Below, one piece after another: positions 25,349 through 34,298 of a stretch of 64,000 bases of DNA. Position numbers and translations under genes: made by a program. The notes beneath the pieces are model-generated. The model did no database searches and was not told where the DNA came from. It saw only the letters and a list, made by a program, of their open reading frames with translations. The stretch is taken from the NCBI GenBank assembly GCA_964582285.1, contig CAZORQ010000003.1, positions 12,559 through 76,558 on the forward strand, in the 5' to 3' direction. Position 1 is the stretch's first letter, and each line of letters begins with the position of its first letter. The stretch comes from an uncultured Thermotogae bacterium. Lineage in GTDB: Bacteria; Bipolaricaulota; Bipolaricaulia; UBA7950; UBA9294.

Positions 25349-26431
25349 CTAGTACGGATCGTCGACCACGAACCGCTCTCCGAACTGCCGGACCCACTCG
25401 TCGAGTCCGCCGAGCAGGCTCCGCGCCTGATTGTAGCCTGCATTCTGCAGCATCTGGACGACGGCGTCACTCTGTTCGTTTGCCTGATCGTAGAGGATGA
25501 CGAGGACGTCCTTCGGCAATGTGTCAAGCTGTCCGGTAATCGTCGTATACGGGATGTTAATTGCGCCGAGCAAGTGAGACGTCACATAGTCTGCGGGATC
25601 ACGAAGGTCGACCAACACATAGGCCAGGTATCTTACCTGTTCGACCTCCGTGCACAGAAGATCGTCGCTTGGGCAGCTCAGCCGGATCCTCCCCTCGCGG
25701 CCGGGCAGAAGCAGGTTCTCAAGGGTTGGCTGAATCAGGAACGTTTCATACCAGCGCATCCACTCGTCGAGCCCACCAAGCGTATAGTACACGGTCGAAA
25801 ACCCGGCACTCGTGAGATCGTCCGCCGCCTGTTTGCTAAACTGGCCCTCCTGGTCGTAGAGAACCAGAAAGGCGTCTGTGGGGACGTTCTCGGACCACTC
25901 GAGCAGTTGTGCCGCAGGGACGTTGATCGAGCCGAGCAAATGCGCCTCGTCATACGCGACAGGCTCTCGGAGGTCGACGAGAACGTAGAACAGGTAGTTC
26001 ATGTCGCTGATCGATGTATGGTAGGGCTGTGCCTTCAGTACGTCTCCAGTAACGCGCAACGTGAACCGTGGCCGATTCGATGCATGGGAATCGGCGTACT
26101 CGGGATCGTTCGTGTACAGGTAGATCGATTTACTGATTCGGCCGCCGAAACCGGCTGTGTCGACCAAGACCTCCAGATCAACCGATGCGCCCGGCGCGAG
26201 ACGGTCAGTTTCCAGCGCAGTTGTAGTGCATCCACAAGACGCTGCGACGCGGTCAATCTCGAGTGTCTTGTTCCCGAGATTCACGATAGTGAACACATGG
26301 CTGACCGCGAAACCTTCCAAGATCGACCCGAAGTCGTAGGTTGGTTCTTCAACATGAATCTGCGGCGATGCGCAGACCGGCGCGGCGATGACTGCACATG
26401 AAATGATGACTGCAAGCAGGACTCTCTTCAT
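25349..26431 (-). CDS. Exported DUF1573 domain protein with two rhodanese-homology domains lacking the catalytic Cys
   Basis: Signal MKRVLLAVIISCAVIAAPVCA. DUF1573 ..YDFGSILEG..VFTIVNLGNKTLEIDRVAASCGCTT... Two rhodanese-like units (..VLVDLREPVAYDEAHLLGSINVP..LVLYDQEGQFS..GGLDEW and ..VLVDLRDPADYVTSHLLGAINIP..VILYDQANEQS..GGLDEW) have Asp where the active-site Cys is expected. Confidence 0.75.
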   Translation of the reverse strand: MKRVLLAVIISCAVIAAPVCASPQIHVEEPTYDFGSILEGFAVSHVFTIVNLGNKTLEIDRVAASCGCTTTALETDRLAPGASVDLEVLVDTAGFGGRISKSIYLYTNDPEYADSHASNRPRFTLRVTGDVLKAQPYHTSISDMNYLFYVLVDLREPVAYDEAHLLGSINVPAAQLLEWSENVPTDAFLVLYDQEGQFSKQAADDLTSAGFSTVYYTLGGLDEWMRWYETFLIQPTLENLLLPGREGRIRLSCPSDDLLCTEVEQVRYLAYVLVDLRDPADYVTSHLLGAINIPYTTITGQLDTLPKDVLVILYDQANEQSDAVVQMLQNAGYNQARSLLGGLDEWVRQFGERFVVDDPY

Positions 26432-26575
26432 CGGAAACCCTCCCTGTGATCGTCTCTGGCGTTATTGTACCCACAACTCCGCTTTTGTTCCTCTGAGCCG
26501 AATGGCTGTTACCGCATCTACCCGCCATGCCCCAATCCGTTGCACCATGCCTGCTGCTTGCAGGGCGCAGGCTTT

Positions 26576-26604
26576 TTGCGTGCACGGAGGGCGGCCCGTA
26601 TCAT
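26576..26604 (+). promoter_or_regulatory. Putative sigma-70-type promoter of hypB-hypA-hypF
   Basis: TTGCGT (26576-26581), 17-nt spacer, TATCAT (26599-26604), then GAAGGAG (26612-26618) and ATG 26626. Confidence 0.45.
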
Positions 26605-26625
26605 CCCGCCCGAAGGAGCGATGCA

Positions 26626-27288
26626 ATGCATGATGTGCGAATGAGCGGAGAGGATGTCCTGAAGCGACAGCTTGAATTGGCTGATGCAAACTACCGTCGG
26701 TTGAAGGAGAAGGGGGTCCAGGCGATCAGCGTCCTCGGTGCGATCGGCAGCGGCAAGACCACGCTGATCGAGCGGTTGATCGATCGGCTATCGGCGTGCG
26801 GTCAACGGGTTGGAACGATCGCCGCCGATTCCGCAGGGGACGACGACCATCGGCGATTTGAGGCGCGTGGGGCACAGTCGGTCAACCTAAACACGCAGGA
26901 TGACTGCCATTTGGATGCACATCGAGTCGATCACGCACTGGAGCGCCTTCCGCTCGACGCGTTGGATGTCGTGTTCGTGGAGAACGTCGGAAACCTGATC
27001 TGCCCGGCCGACTTCCCTCTTGGCGTGGACCGAGAGATCGTCGTCATCTCTGTGACAGAGGGAGACGACATGGTCCGCAAACACCCCAAGATTTTCGCGC
27101 AGACGGATATCATGGTTGTCAACAAGATCGATCTCTCGGATGCGGTTGGTGTTGATCCACAACGAATCGTCGCCGACTACAGACAGCTGAATCCGCATGG
27201 TGAGGTGGTGCTGACCGACGCACGCCACGAGCACGGAATCGGCCGGATCATTGAGGCATTGGGAATCGAATGCACGAGTACTCTGTAG
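26626..27288 (+). CDS. hypB: Hydrogenase nickel-incorporation GTPase HypB
   Basis: Start moved to ATG 26626. P-loop ..VLGAIGSGKTTLIERL.., ..FVENVGNLICPADF.., ..VVNKIDL... No His-rich N-terminal stretch. Confidence 0.9.
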   Translation: MHDVRMSGEDVLKRQLELADANYRRLKEKGVQAISVLGAIGSGKTTLIERLIDRLSACGQRVGTIAADSAGDDDHRRFEARGAQSVNLNTQDDCHLDAHRVDHALERLPLDALDVVFVENVGNLICPADFPLGVDREIVVISVTEGDDMVRKHPKIFAQTDIMVVNKIDLSDAVGVDPQRIVADYRQLNPHGEVVLTDARHEHGIGRIIEALGIECTSTL

Positions 27289-27659
27289 TCAGCGAACTGA
27301 TCTCGGCGCTTGTGCCGATCCTTGACGATCATCCCGGACGTGTGCGGGCCGTGGTTCTTGTCAAGGGTGAGCTGCGAATCCTCTCCGATGTTGCGCTTCG
27401 AAACGCGTTCGAACTTCTGTGCAAGGGGACTCGCCTTGAGGGATCTGAGCTTGTCATCGAGCCGGTCGACGTTCGCGTTCGGTGCACGTCATGCGACTAC
27501 GTGGGACCGGCGAGTCACACGAGCGAAGCGTCGTTCCATTTCGCGATTCCGATCCTGAGCTGCCCGAATTGCGGTGCTGAGGTTGATGTTGAGGCTGGAC
27601 GAGAGCTGTATGTCGACCGAATGACGATTCAAACGGAGACGGCAGCTGAGGCTCGATGA
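27270..27659 (+). CDS. hypA: Hydrogenase maturation nickel metallochaperone HypA
   Basis: N-terminal MHEYS Ni-binding motif. Zn site CTSCDY..(n)..CPNCG. Confidence 0.88.
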   Translation: MHEYSVVSELISALVPILDDHPGRVRAVVLVKGELRILSDVALRNAFELLCKGTRLEGSELVIEPVDVRVRCTSCDYVGPASHTSEASFHFAIPILSCPNCGAEVDVEAGRELYVDRMTIQTETAAEAR

Positions 27660-29959
27660 CCGTTTTCCGGAAACGCCTTCTCGTTCAGGGTGTGGTTCAA
27701 GGTGTGGGATTTCGTCCATTCATTTACCGTACGGCTGTGGAGCAGCGACTTGGTGGGTCGGTGAGAAATCGCGGTGACGCAGGCGTCGAGATCTTTGTCG
27801 AAGGTGCGTCCGATGCGATTGAGTCATTCGTGAGTCGCTTTAGGGGCAGTCTCCCGCCTTTGGCACAGGTTGAGTCGATTGAAATGACCGACCAGACACC
27901 GATTGGGGAGACCGAATTCGTCATCCTCCCGTCGATAGAAGATGGCGAGCGAAGTGGTGTTCTCCCTCCCGATGTGGCGATCTGTGATGCCTGTGTGCAA
28001 GACGTTCTTGGGGACTCGCGATTCTCGGGGTACTGGGCGACCAGCTGCACCGACTGCGGTCCGCGATTCACCGTGATCGAATCGCTTCCATACGACCGCC
28101 CGAGGACATCGATGCGCGAGTTCCCGATGTGTAGCGTGTGCGCGAAAGAGTATTCCGACCCGCTCGACCGAAGGTATCACGCACAGACGACCGCGTGTGA
28201 AGCGTGTGGTCCGAGATTGACCTTTGATGCGACGCAGCGCGGAGCACTCGATCGAGCCGTTGAAGCGCTACGGGATGGCGAGACGATCGCGATCAAGGGA
28301 ATCGGAGGAACGCACCTCGCTTGCGACGCGACGCGTGAATCCGCCGTGGCTCGCCTTCGTGCCAACATCGGACGTCCCTGGCAGCCGTATGCTGTCATGG
28401 CGACGCAGGAGATGGTCCGATCGTTTGCAGTGGCCGATGATGCGGAGCGGAAAGCACTGCGAGGGTTGGCGCGCCCCATTGTCGTCCTGGTGAAGCGGGC
28501 CGGACGATTGGCCGAGTCGGTTGCGCCGGGATTGCATACGGTGGGTGTGATGCTTCCGTACACGGGACTGCACCATCTGCTGTTCGATCGATTCGATGGG
28601 CCGCTTGTGATGACGAGCGCCAACCTTCCCGGCCGGCCGATGCTGATTGAGAGCAGTGAGATCGAGCAGCGCTTGGCCGGCATTGCCGATCATCTGTTGC
28701 TGCACGACCGGCAGATCGTTGCTCGATGCGATGACTCTGTGCGCCGGCGCGTTGCTGATCGGCTTGTCTTCCTGCGGCGGTCGAGAGGCTGGGTCCCGCA
28801 ACCGGTCCGCACCGACCTTGGCAGCGAGACAATTCTCGCCCTCGGTCCGGAGACGGATCTAACGTTCACGATCTACGAGAACGGCATGGCAACTCCATCT
28901 CAGCACATCGGTTCGGTCGACAACATCGAGACGATCGAGTTCCTTCGGGAGGCGATCGAGCACCTATATCGGATCACACGAGCGCAGATGCCGGAGATCC
29001 TGGCAAGCGATCTCCACCCCCAGTTTGCGACGACGAAGCTTGCCGACGAACTGGCGGAGAGAAATGGCGCCCGCGTTGTGCGAGTCCAGCATCATGCGGC
29101 ACATCAGCTCTCGGTGATGGCCGAGCACGGATTGGATGACGCTGCCGGGATCGTTCTGGATGGCTACGGGTACGGGTGGGACGGTGACGCATGGGGCGGC
29201 GAGCTGTTTGCCGTCCGCCGCGGAAAGATCGAACGGGCCGGCTCCCTCAAACCGGTCCGACTGCCAGGTGGCGACATGGCGGCGCGCGAGCCGCTTCGCA
29301 TGGCGGCCGCGTTCCTCTGCTCAGCGGGCATGGATAGCGGGAAGGTGAACATGTTGCTCGAAGCGCATGGAGTTGTTGGAGATGGCTTGGAGCTTCTTCT
29401 ATTGCAGATCGATCGTGGTGTGAACGCTCCATGGACGACAAGCGCCGGGCGTTTTCTCGATGCAGTGGCGGCGTGGCTCGGTATCTGCCGCGAGCGAACC
29501 TACGAAGGAGAGCCGGCCATGCGCCTTGAGGCCGTCGCTGCACGTGGAACTGCACTGCCGATCGAAATGGAGGCGACCTACGATGGTGATTTCAGGATTC
29601 TGAACACGGCGGCGCTGTTCGCGCGACTCATCGATTTGGCGGAAGCGCACCCGGTGGAGGACGTTGCGGCGACTGCGCAAAAAGCACTCGCAGTCGGTGT
29701 CGCTCAGGCGGCGGTGGCAATTGCAGGGGAGCGAGGCATCCGTGACATCTGCTTCAGCGGTGGCGTTGCGTACAACGATGCCATAGCGTCGGCAATCCGT
29801 GACGTGATCGTGTCCAGCGGATTCTGCTATCACACAAACGAAGCTGTCCCGTGCGGTGACGGTGGCGTCTCGTTCGGCCAAGCGGCCTACAGCGGTCGCG
29901 GGATCGAGAGTCTAGAAGCAGATCGGGCCGATGCAGCACCCAGCGATCATCACCAGTAG
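27656..29959 (+). CDS. hypF: Carbamoyltransferase HypF
   Basis: Acylphosphatase-like ..VQGVVQGVGFRPFIYR... Two Zn-finger pairs (CDAC..CTDCGPRF, CSVC..CEACGPR). YrdC-like ..IAIKGIGGTHLACDA... C-terminal Kae1-like domain. ATGA overlap with hypA. Confidence 0.92.
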   Translation: MTVFRKRLLVQGVVQGVGFRPFIYRTAVEQRLGGSVRNRGDAGVEIFVEGASDAIESFVSRFRGSLPPLAQVESIEMTDQTPIGETEFVILPSIEDGERSGVLPPDVAICDACVQDVLGDSRFSGYWATSCTDCGPRFTVIESLPYDRPRTSMREFPMCSVCAKEYSDPLDRRYHAQTTACEACGPRLTFDATQRGALDRAVEALRDGETIAIKGIGGTHLACDATRESAVARLRANIGRPWQPYAVMATQEMVRSFAVADDAERKALRGLARPIVVLVKRAGRLAESVAPGLHTVGVMLPYTGLHHLLFDRFDGPLVMTSANLPGRPMLIESSEIEQRLAGIADHLLLHDRQIVARCDDSVRRRVADRLVFLRRSRGWVPQPVRTDLGSETILALGPETDLTFTIYENGMATPSQHIGSVDNIETIEFLREAIEHLYRITRAQMPEILASDLHPQFATTKLADELAERNGARVVRVQHHAAHQLSVMAEHGLDDAAGIVLDGYGYGWDGDAWGGELFAVRRGKIERAGSLKPVRLPGGDMAAREPLRMAAAFLCSAGMDSGKVNMLLEAHGVVGDGLELLLLQIDRGVNAPWTTSAGRFLDAVAAWLGICRERTYEGEPAMRLEAVAARGTALPIEMEATYDGDFRILNTAALFARLIDLAEAHPVEDVAATAQKALAVGVAQAAVAIAGERGIRDICFSGGVAYNDAIASAIRDVIVSSGFCYHTNEAVPCGDGGVSFGQAAYSGRGIESLEADRADAAPSDHHQ

Positions 29960-30083
29960 GCTCCCGAGGATCCCGGCGGAAAGAACCCAACGAATCATGA
30001 CCAGGATTGTACGCAGAGGTGTGCAGAGCACAAGGACGGTCGTCGAGCCTCCTATGGGCGCGCGTGACCCTGTTGGAAGGCGG

Positions 30084-30701
30084 CTAGGGAGCGGAGATCG
30101 GTTGAAGTAGCCATGCGGCGATCTGAGACTCCCAACGTGCTTGCTCAGCAGAGTGGTTGCCGTGGCTGGTTTCGTCGTCGTACCGCGATTGCATCGCCTG
30201 GAGTTGTGCAAGGATCTCCCCCGCGCACTGATGGATCGCGGCGTTGAGCGCATCGATGGACGCTTCCTTGGTTGCGCCTTGTGCCTGAAGACAAGGAAGA
30301 AGCGCCTCGAGCTTCCGACGGTAGACCTCGTTGAGATCGAAGTGCCCTTGCTCGTGGCCGAGGACGCGGTTGTCCGCCTTGCCTGGAACCACCCACGAAA
30401 GCGAAGGCTCCATTGTGTTGGTGACAGTCACGCTCGTGATCTGGCCGGTCCACGTACTGCCATTCGATCTGACGGAGTAGCCTGTGTGCCAGCGGATGGT
30501 CATGTGGATCGCGGCGGCTTCGTTTCGATGAATTGCATCGGCGGGTGGTATGGCCTGGAACATCGACCAACGTATCGGTGTCGATACATCCCACGGAATG
30601 CAGGGGGACGATGTTCCTGCGAGAGCGATGAAAGCTGTGAGACAGGAGAGGATGAGAATGGTGACGGTGCGTACGGTTGATCGGCGAGCCGTATGCTGCA
30701 C
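30084..30701 (-). CDS. DUF922-type predicted secreted Zn-metallopeptidase
   Basis: Start moved to GTG 30701 (GGGGGAG 7 nt upstream), followed by a TM/signal segment. HExxH in ..VLGHEQGHFDLNEVYRRK... Family name from memory. Confidence 0.6.
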   Translation of the reverse strand: MQHTARRSTVRTVTILILSCLTAFIALAGTSSPCIPWDVSTPIRWSMFQAIPPADAIHRNEAAAIHMTIRWHTGYSVRSNGSTWTGQITSVTVTNTMEPSLSWVVPGKADNRVLGHEQGHFDLNEVYRRKLEALLPCLQAQGATKEASIDALNAAIHQCAGEILAQLQAMQSRYDDETSHGNHSAEQARWESQIAAWLLQPISAP

Positions 30702-30747
30702 GTCGTATCTCCCCCTTCCAGGCGATGATAGCAGAGGTTGGCCGGCC

Positions 30748-32505
30748 CTACCAGCCTCCGCCTCCGCCTCCGCCGAAGCCACCGCCGGAGAAGCCACCGC
30801 CGAACGAGCTTCCGCCTCCCCAGGCAGAGCGTCCGCCGGATGCCGCCCGTGGTGCGGTGACGAACGCGTGTTCCATGCCGGACGATAGGTGGAGCATCGA
30901 AAGCGTAAACAGGTGTGGATGGAAGACTGTCTCTCGACCGACGTACCAGTCCGGCGGTTCCTGCAGCAAGCCCTCGAACTGCCTCGTCCAGATCGATGTC
31001 AGGTTGAGGGCGATTGCATAGGGAAGGAGCTTCTCGAACTCCTTCGGGCTTTGCTGCGGGGCGTCATGGAACTCGATCCGGTCAACCTCGGCGCGGCGGA
31101 TGTACTCTGAGAGGCCCAGCACCTGCTCAAGCGCTCGCACCCCGAGCTGCGTCTTGCGTGGCATGATCCACGAGAATCCAGCTACGATCAGCCCACAGAG
31201 ACCCAGCGCAACGGCCAGGTACAGCGAGCTGTTGGCGATACCAGCAGCCACCCCACAACCCGCGCCGATCAGGCCTAATGACAGGTATGAGCGGCGTGTG
31301 CGTTCCGGATTGTGCGGATAGTAGCGTTTCGCGATCAGGCTACCATAAAGCTTCGACTTCAGGTTCGGCAGCGTCTTGTAGAACTCACACTCGAGCGATG
31401 AGATCGTTCTCTCGTCGGGATGTTCCTCGTTGAAGATCGCATCGAGCAAGAGCTTTTCGGCCTTGGATAGGCTTGCTGCCGGTAGCGGCTGACGGACGAA
31501 ACGGTAATCTCCAGCTGACTTGTCCAACGTCGTTCTCGCTCGATCGCCGGACGTCTCATCCTCATGGATCTCCTCGATGCGCAAGTGCCCATCCACTGCG
31601 AGACCGATCACCATTGCGCTGATGTCGCGCAAGTCAGCATGGTCATCAATTAAAACGCCGACTTCCCCAGCGTGCAGGTCCTGCGGCGGTTCAACCTGAG
31701 GTGCGATGGTTCCCTTTCTTGGATCCCTTCCCACGCGAGCCCACAGCAGGATCATCCCTGCAAGCACGACGATCGGCAGGGCGGCCCACTTGTTTGCATC
31801 GAGGAACCACAGAATCCGGCTTGCGATGCTCGGTGGTGCGATCGGAAGAACATCGCGGGGAATCGAGACATCGATGGTCAATCCTTCCCCGAATGAGAGG
31901 TGTGTCGCGGTGAACAGCAGACCCCCGTCCTCGGTCATGGAGGCGGGCAGTCCGCGCGATGTGCTCCCGTAGCGGCCGGTGTACGACGTTGAACGTACCG
32001 GAGACATGTCGATCCCGCTTGGCAGGCGAAAGATGCAGGTCGCTTGGTCGATCGGGATCCGCCACTCGTTGCCGGTCACATTCCAGTAGACCTGAAGGTA
32101 GTCCTCGTGGAACAGAATGGCACGTCCGACAGTGTAGACCATCGTGTAGACATGCGTTCCGGTGATTCGGCGATCCGGATCGCCGATACGGAGGACGATG
32201 TCGCTTCCCTTCCGACGCTGAGTAAACGGAACCGAACGATCGTCCAGGGTGACCTCGACAAGATCGAGGTCAATCGTCGTTCGGGTCTTCGTGTTTGGAT
32301 TGCGGTAGGAGACGGGGATCTCGCGTTCGATCCCATGGTGCGGCGAGTAGAAGACAACCGCGAGGCGTTCTGTGACGTGGAGGATTCCGTTCTCATCCAG
32401 GTCGATCGTTGCATCGAACCGATCGATGCGCAGCGTTGCCGAAACGGTGACCCCGAACAGCACGAGCGAGAGCGCGATGATGGGGAGAATCGATCGGACG
32501 CGCAT
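30748..32505 (-). CDS. DUF2207 membrane protein with Gly-rich C-terminal tail
   Basis: Signal peptide plus a ~230-aa extracytoplasmic domain, central TM segments, tail ..GGRSAWGGGSSFGGGFSGGGFGGGGGGGW. Start overlaps the lemA stop by 1 nt. Confidence 0.7.
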   Translation of the reverse strand: MRVRSILPIIALSLVLFGVTVSATLRIDRFDATIDLDENGILHVTERLAVVFYSPHHGIEREIPVSYRNPNTKTRTTIDLDLVEVTLDDRSVPFTQRRKGSDIVLRIGDPDRRITGTHVYTMVYTVGRAILFHEDYLQVYWNVTGNEWRIPIDQATCIFRLPSGIDMSPVRSTSYTGRYGSTSRGLPASMTEDGGLLFTATHLSFGEGLTIDVSIPRDVLPIAPPSIASRILWFLDANKWAALPIVVLAGMILLWARVGRDPRKGTIAPQVEPPQDLHAGEVGVLIDDHADLRDISAMVIGLAVDGHLRIEEIHEDETSGDRARTTLDKSAGDYRFVRQPLPAASLSKAEKLLLDAIFNEEHPDERTISSLECEFYKTLPNLKSKLYGSLIAKRYYPHNPERTRRSYLSLGLIGAGCGVAAGIANSSLYLAVALGLCGLIVAGFSWIMPRKTQLGVRALEQVLGLSEYIRRAEVDRIEFHDAPQQSPKEFEKLLPYAIALNLTSIWTRQFEGLLQEPPDWYVGRETVFHPHLFTLSMLHLSSGMEHAFVTAPRAASGGRSAWGGGSSFGGGFSGGGFGGGGGGGW

Positions 32506-33059
32506 CAGAACTGGACGCGCGGAGCCTCTCGCTGTTCCTCACCGGGCAGTGCATAGAACTCGCGTTCGCGGAAGCCGAAGAGGTTGGCCACGATGTTCCG
32601 TGGGAACACCTGGATCGCCGTGTTCAGATCCCGAACGACTGCGTTGTAGTATCTCCTGGAGCGTTGGACGGCATCTTCGACCTGTTCGAGCGTTTCCTGC
32701 AGTCCAAGGAAGTTCTCGTTCGCCTTCAGCTCGGGGTACGCTTCCACGACGGCAAACAGCGATTTGAGGGCTCCTCTGAGGCCTTCCTCGGCCTCCGCCT
32801 GCTCTCGCGGTGTGGATGCGTCCACTGCTCGGGATCGAGCCAGGGTGACCTTCTCGAACACCTCGGATTCGTGCGACGCATAGCCCCGAACTGTCTCAAC
32901 AAGATTGGGGATAAGATCCCAACGGCGCTTGAGCTGCGTGTCGATGTCGCGCCATGCCTCCTCGGATCGGACTCGGAGCCGAACGAGCCGATTGTACGTG
33001 AGTCCGCCCCACAACAAGACGATACCGCCGATAACGATCACATAGCCGATTGCGCCCAT
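32505..33059 (-). CDS. lemA: LemA family protein
   Basis: N-terminal TM, then ..YNRLVRLRVRSEEAWRDIDTQLKRRWDLIPNLVETVRGYASHE.. and ..AYPELKANENF..LQ..LE..E..V..SRRYYN... Confidence 0.85.
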   Translation of the reverse strand: MGAIGYVIVIGGIVLLWGGLTYNRLVRLRVRSEEAWRDIDTQLKRRWDLIPNLVETVRGYASHESEVFEKVTLARSRAVDASTPREQAEAEEGLRGALKSLFAVVEAYPELKANENFLGLQETLEQVEDAVQRSRRYYNAVVRDLNTAIQVFPRNIVANLFGFREREFYALPGEEQREAPRVQF

Positions 33060-33221
33060 TCTCCCTCCTTCAACAACGCGCGAACGATTCTAGCGAAGCA
33101 TGGGCTGATTGGCCAATCCAAGCGATGCACAGGCGTCTCCAATTTCCCATTGCGGTGCCCGAATCGGCGCAGTATCCTCCCGATGTTTGCAAACAGATCT
33201 GGAGTCATTCAGGAGGGTAGG

Positions 33222-34289
33222 ATGCACAAGAGGCTGTTCACACCTGGACCGACGCAGGTTCGGCCGGAGATTCTCAAAGAGCTGGCGACACCACAGATTC
33301 ACCACCGCACACCGGAGTTCGGAGAGCTCTACGCACAGATCCAGACGAAGCTCCGTCAGGTGCTCTTCACCGAGAATCCGGTGTTGCTGTACACATCATC
33401 ATCGACCGGTGCGATGGAATCCGCCGTGACGAACCTGGTCGCCAAGCGATGTCTCAATCTTGTCAACGGTGCATTCTCCAAACGGTGGCATGAAATCACC
33501 GTTGGCAATGGTGTTCCGTGTGATGCATTCTCGATTCCGTGGAATACTGCGATGAAGCCGGAGATGGTCGATGAGCAGCTTGCGACAGGTCAATACGATG
33601 CCGTGACGCTTGTGTACAACGAGACTTCAACGGGGATGCTCAACCCTCTCCAAGAGATTGCCGAAGTCGTCCAGCGCTACCCGGATGTCTTCTTGCTTGT
33701 TGACGCGGTCAGTGGGATGGCTGGAGCGGAGATCCAGACCGACGCATGGAAGATCGATTTCGTCCTCGCCGGACTTCAGAAAGCATTCGCACTGCCGGCT
33801 GGACTTGCTGTGGCGGCGGTGAGTGAGCGTGCGGTGGAACGGGCGAAGACGGTCCCGCCGAGAAGCTACTACTTCAGCCTGCCGTTGATGCACAAGTCGC
33901 ATCTGAAAAATCAGACGCCTTCGACGCCGGCGATCCCGCACATGTACGCCCTGAATGCCCAGTTGGATGACATGCTCGCTGAGGGAATGGAAGGGCGGTT
34001 CACACGGCATGCGAAGCTCGCGGGCATCGTGCAAGCCTGGGCGAAGAAGCACTTCGACATCTACCCCGAGGAGGGCTACTGGTCTCCGACGCTGACCTGC
34101 ATCAGCAACACAAAGGAAATCGGTGTCGCGGAGATGATCAAGACGTTGGCGGACGAGTACAACGTGCGTATTGCCAACGGCTATGGCGATATCAAGGGCA
34201 AGACGTTCCGTATCGCCCACATGGGAGACAGCCAAGTGGACGAAATCGAAGGACTGCTCAGGGTCATCGAGGCAGTCCTCGGTCTGTAG
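33222..34289 (+). CDS. Class V aminotransferase (serine-glyoxylate / phosphoserine aminotransferase-like)
   Basis: ATG 33222 after AGGAGGG. MHKRLFTPGPTQVRPEIL..HHRTPEF.., ..LLVDAVSG.., ..AGLQKAFALPAGLA.. (PLP Lys). The ORF extension from 32664 is discarded. Confidence 0.8.
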   Translation: MHKRLFTPGPTQVRPEILKELATPQIHHRTPEFGELYAQIQTKLRQVLFTENPVLLYTSSSTGAMESAVTNLVAKRCLNLVNGAFSKRWHEITVGNGVPCDAFSIPWNTAMKPEMVDEQLATGQYDAVTLVYNETSTGMLNPLQEIAEVVQRYPDVFLLVDAVSGMAGAEIQTDAWKIDFVLAGLQKAFALPAGLAVAAVSERAVERAKTVPPRSYYFSLPLMHKSHLKNQTPSTPAIPHMYALNAQLDDMLAEGMEGRFTRHAKLAGIVQAWAKKHFDIYPEEGYWSPTLTCISNTKEIGVAEMIKTLADEYNVRIANGYGDIKGKTFRIAHMGDSQVDEIEGLLRVIEAVLGL

Positions 34290-34298
34290 GGGGTAGGC

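Noticed and set aside
19940-26431. The idea that the region next to tRNA-Leu is an integrated genomic island.
   Set aside because: No integrase, transposase or plasmid/phage genes are present. I could find no direct repeat of the tRNA 3' end by eye, and composition and SD usage look like the rest of the window.
26549-26577. Hairpin GCCTGC..GCAGGC followed by TTTTT, just upstream of the hypB -35 element.
   Set aside because: It looks terminator-like on the plus strand, but no plus-strand gene precedes it. The stem is short (6 bp) with competing folds. It may simply be part of the divergent promoter region.
29912-29998. Possible 28-aa hydrophobic Cys-rich micro-ORF (MIRWVLSAGILGSLLVMIAGCCIGPICF) on the minus strand, downstream of the DUF922 gene and overlapping the 3' end of hypF.
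   Set aside because: It has no recognisable SD, overlaps hypF antisense, and is too short to evaluate without conservation or ribosome-profiling data. It should be kept in mind only as a candidate small membrane peptide.
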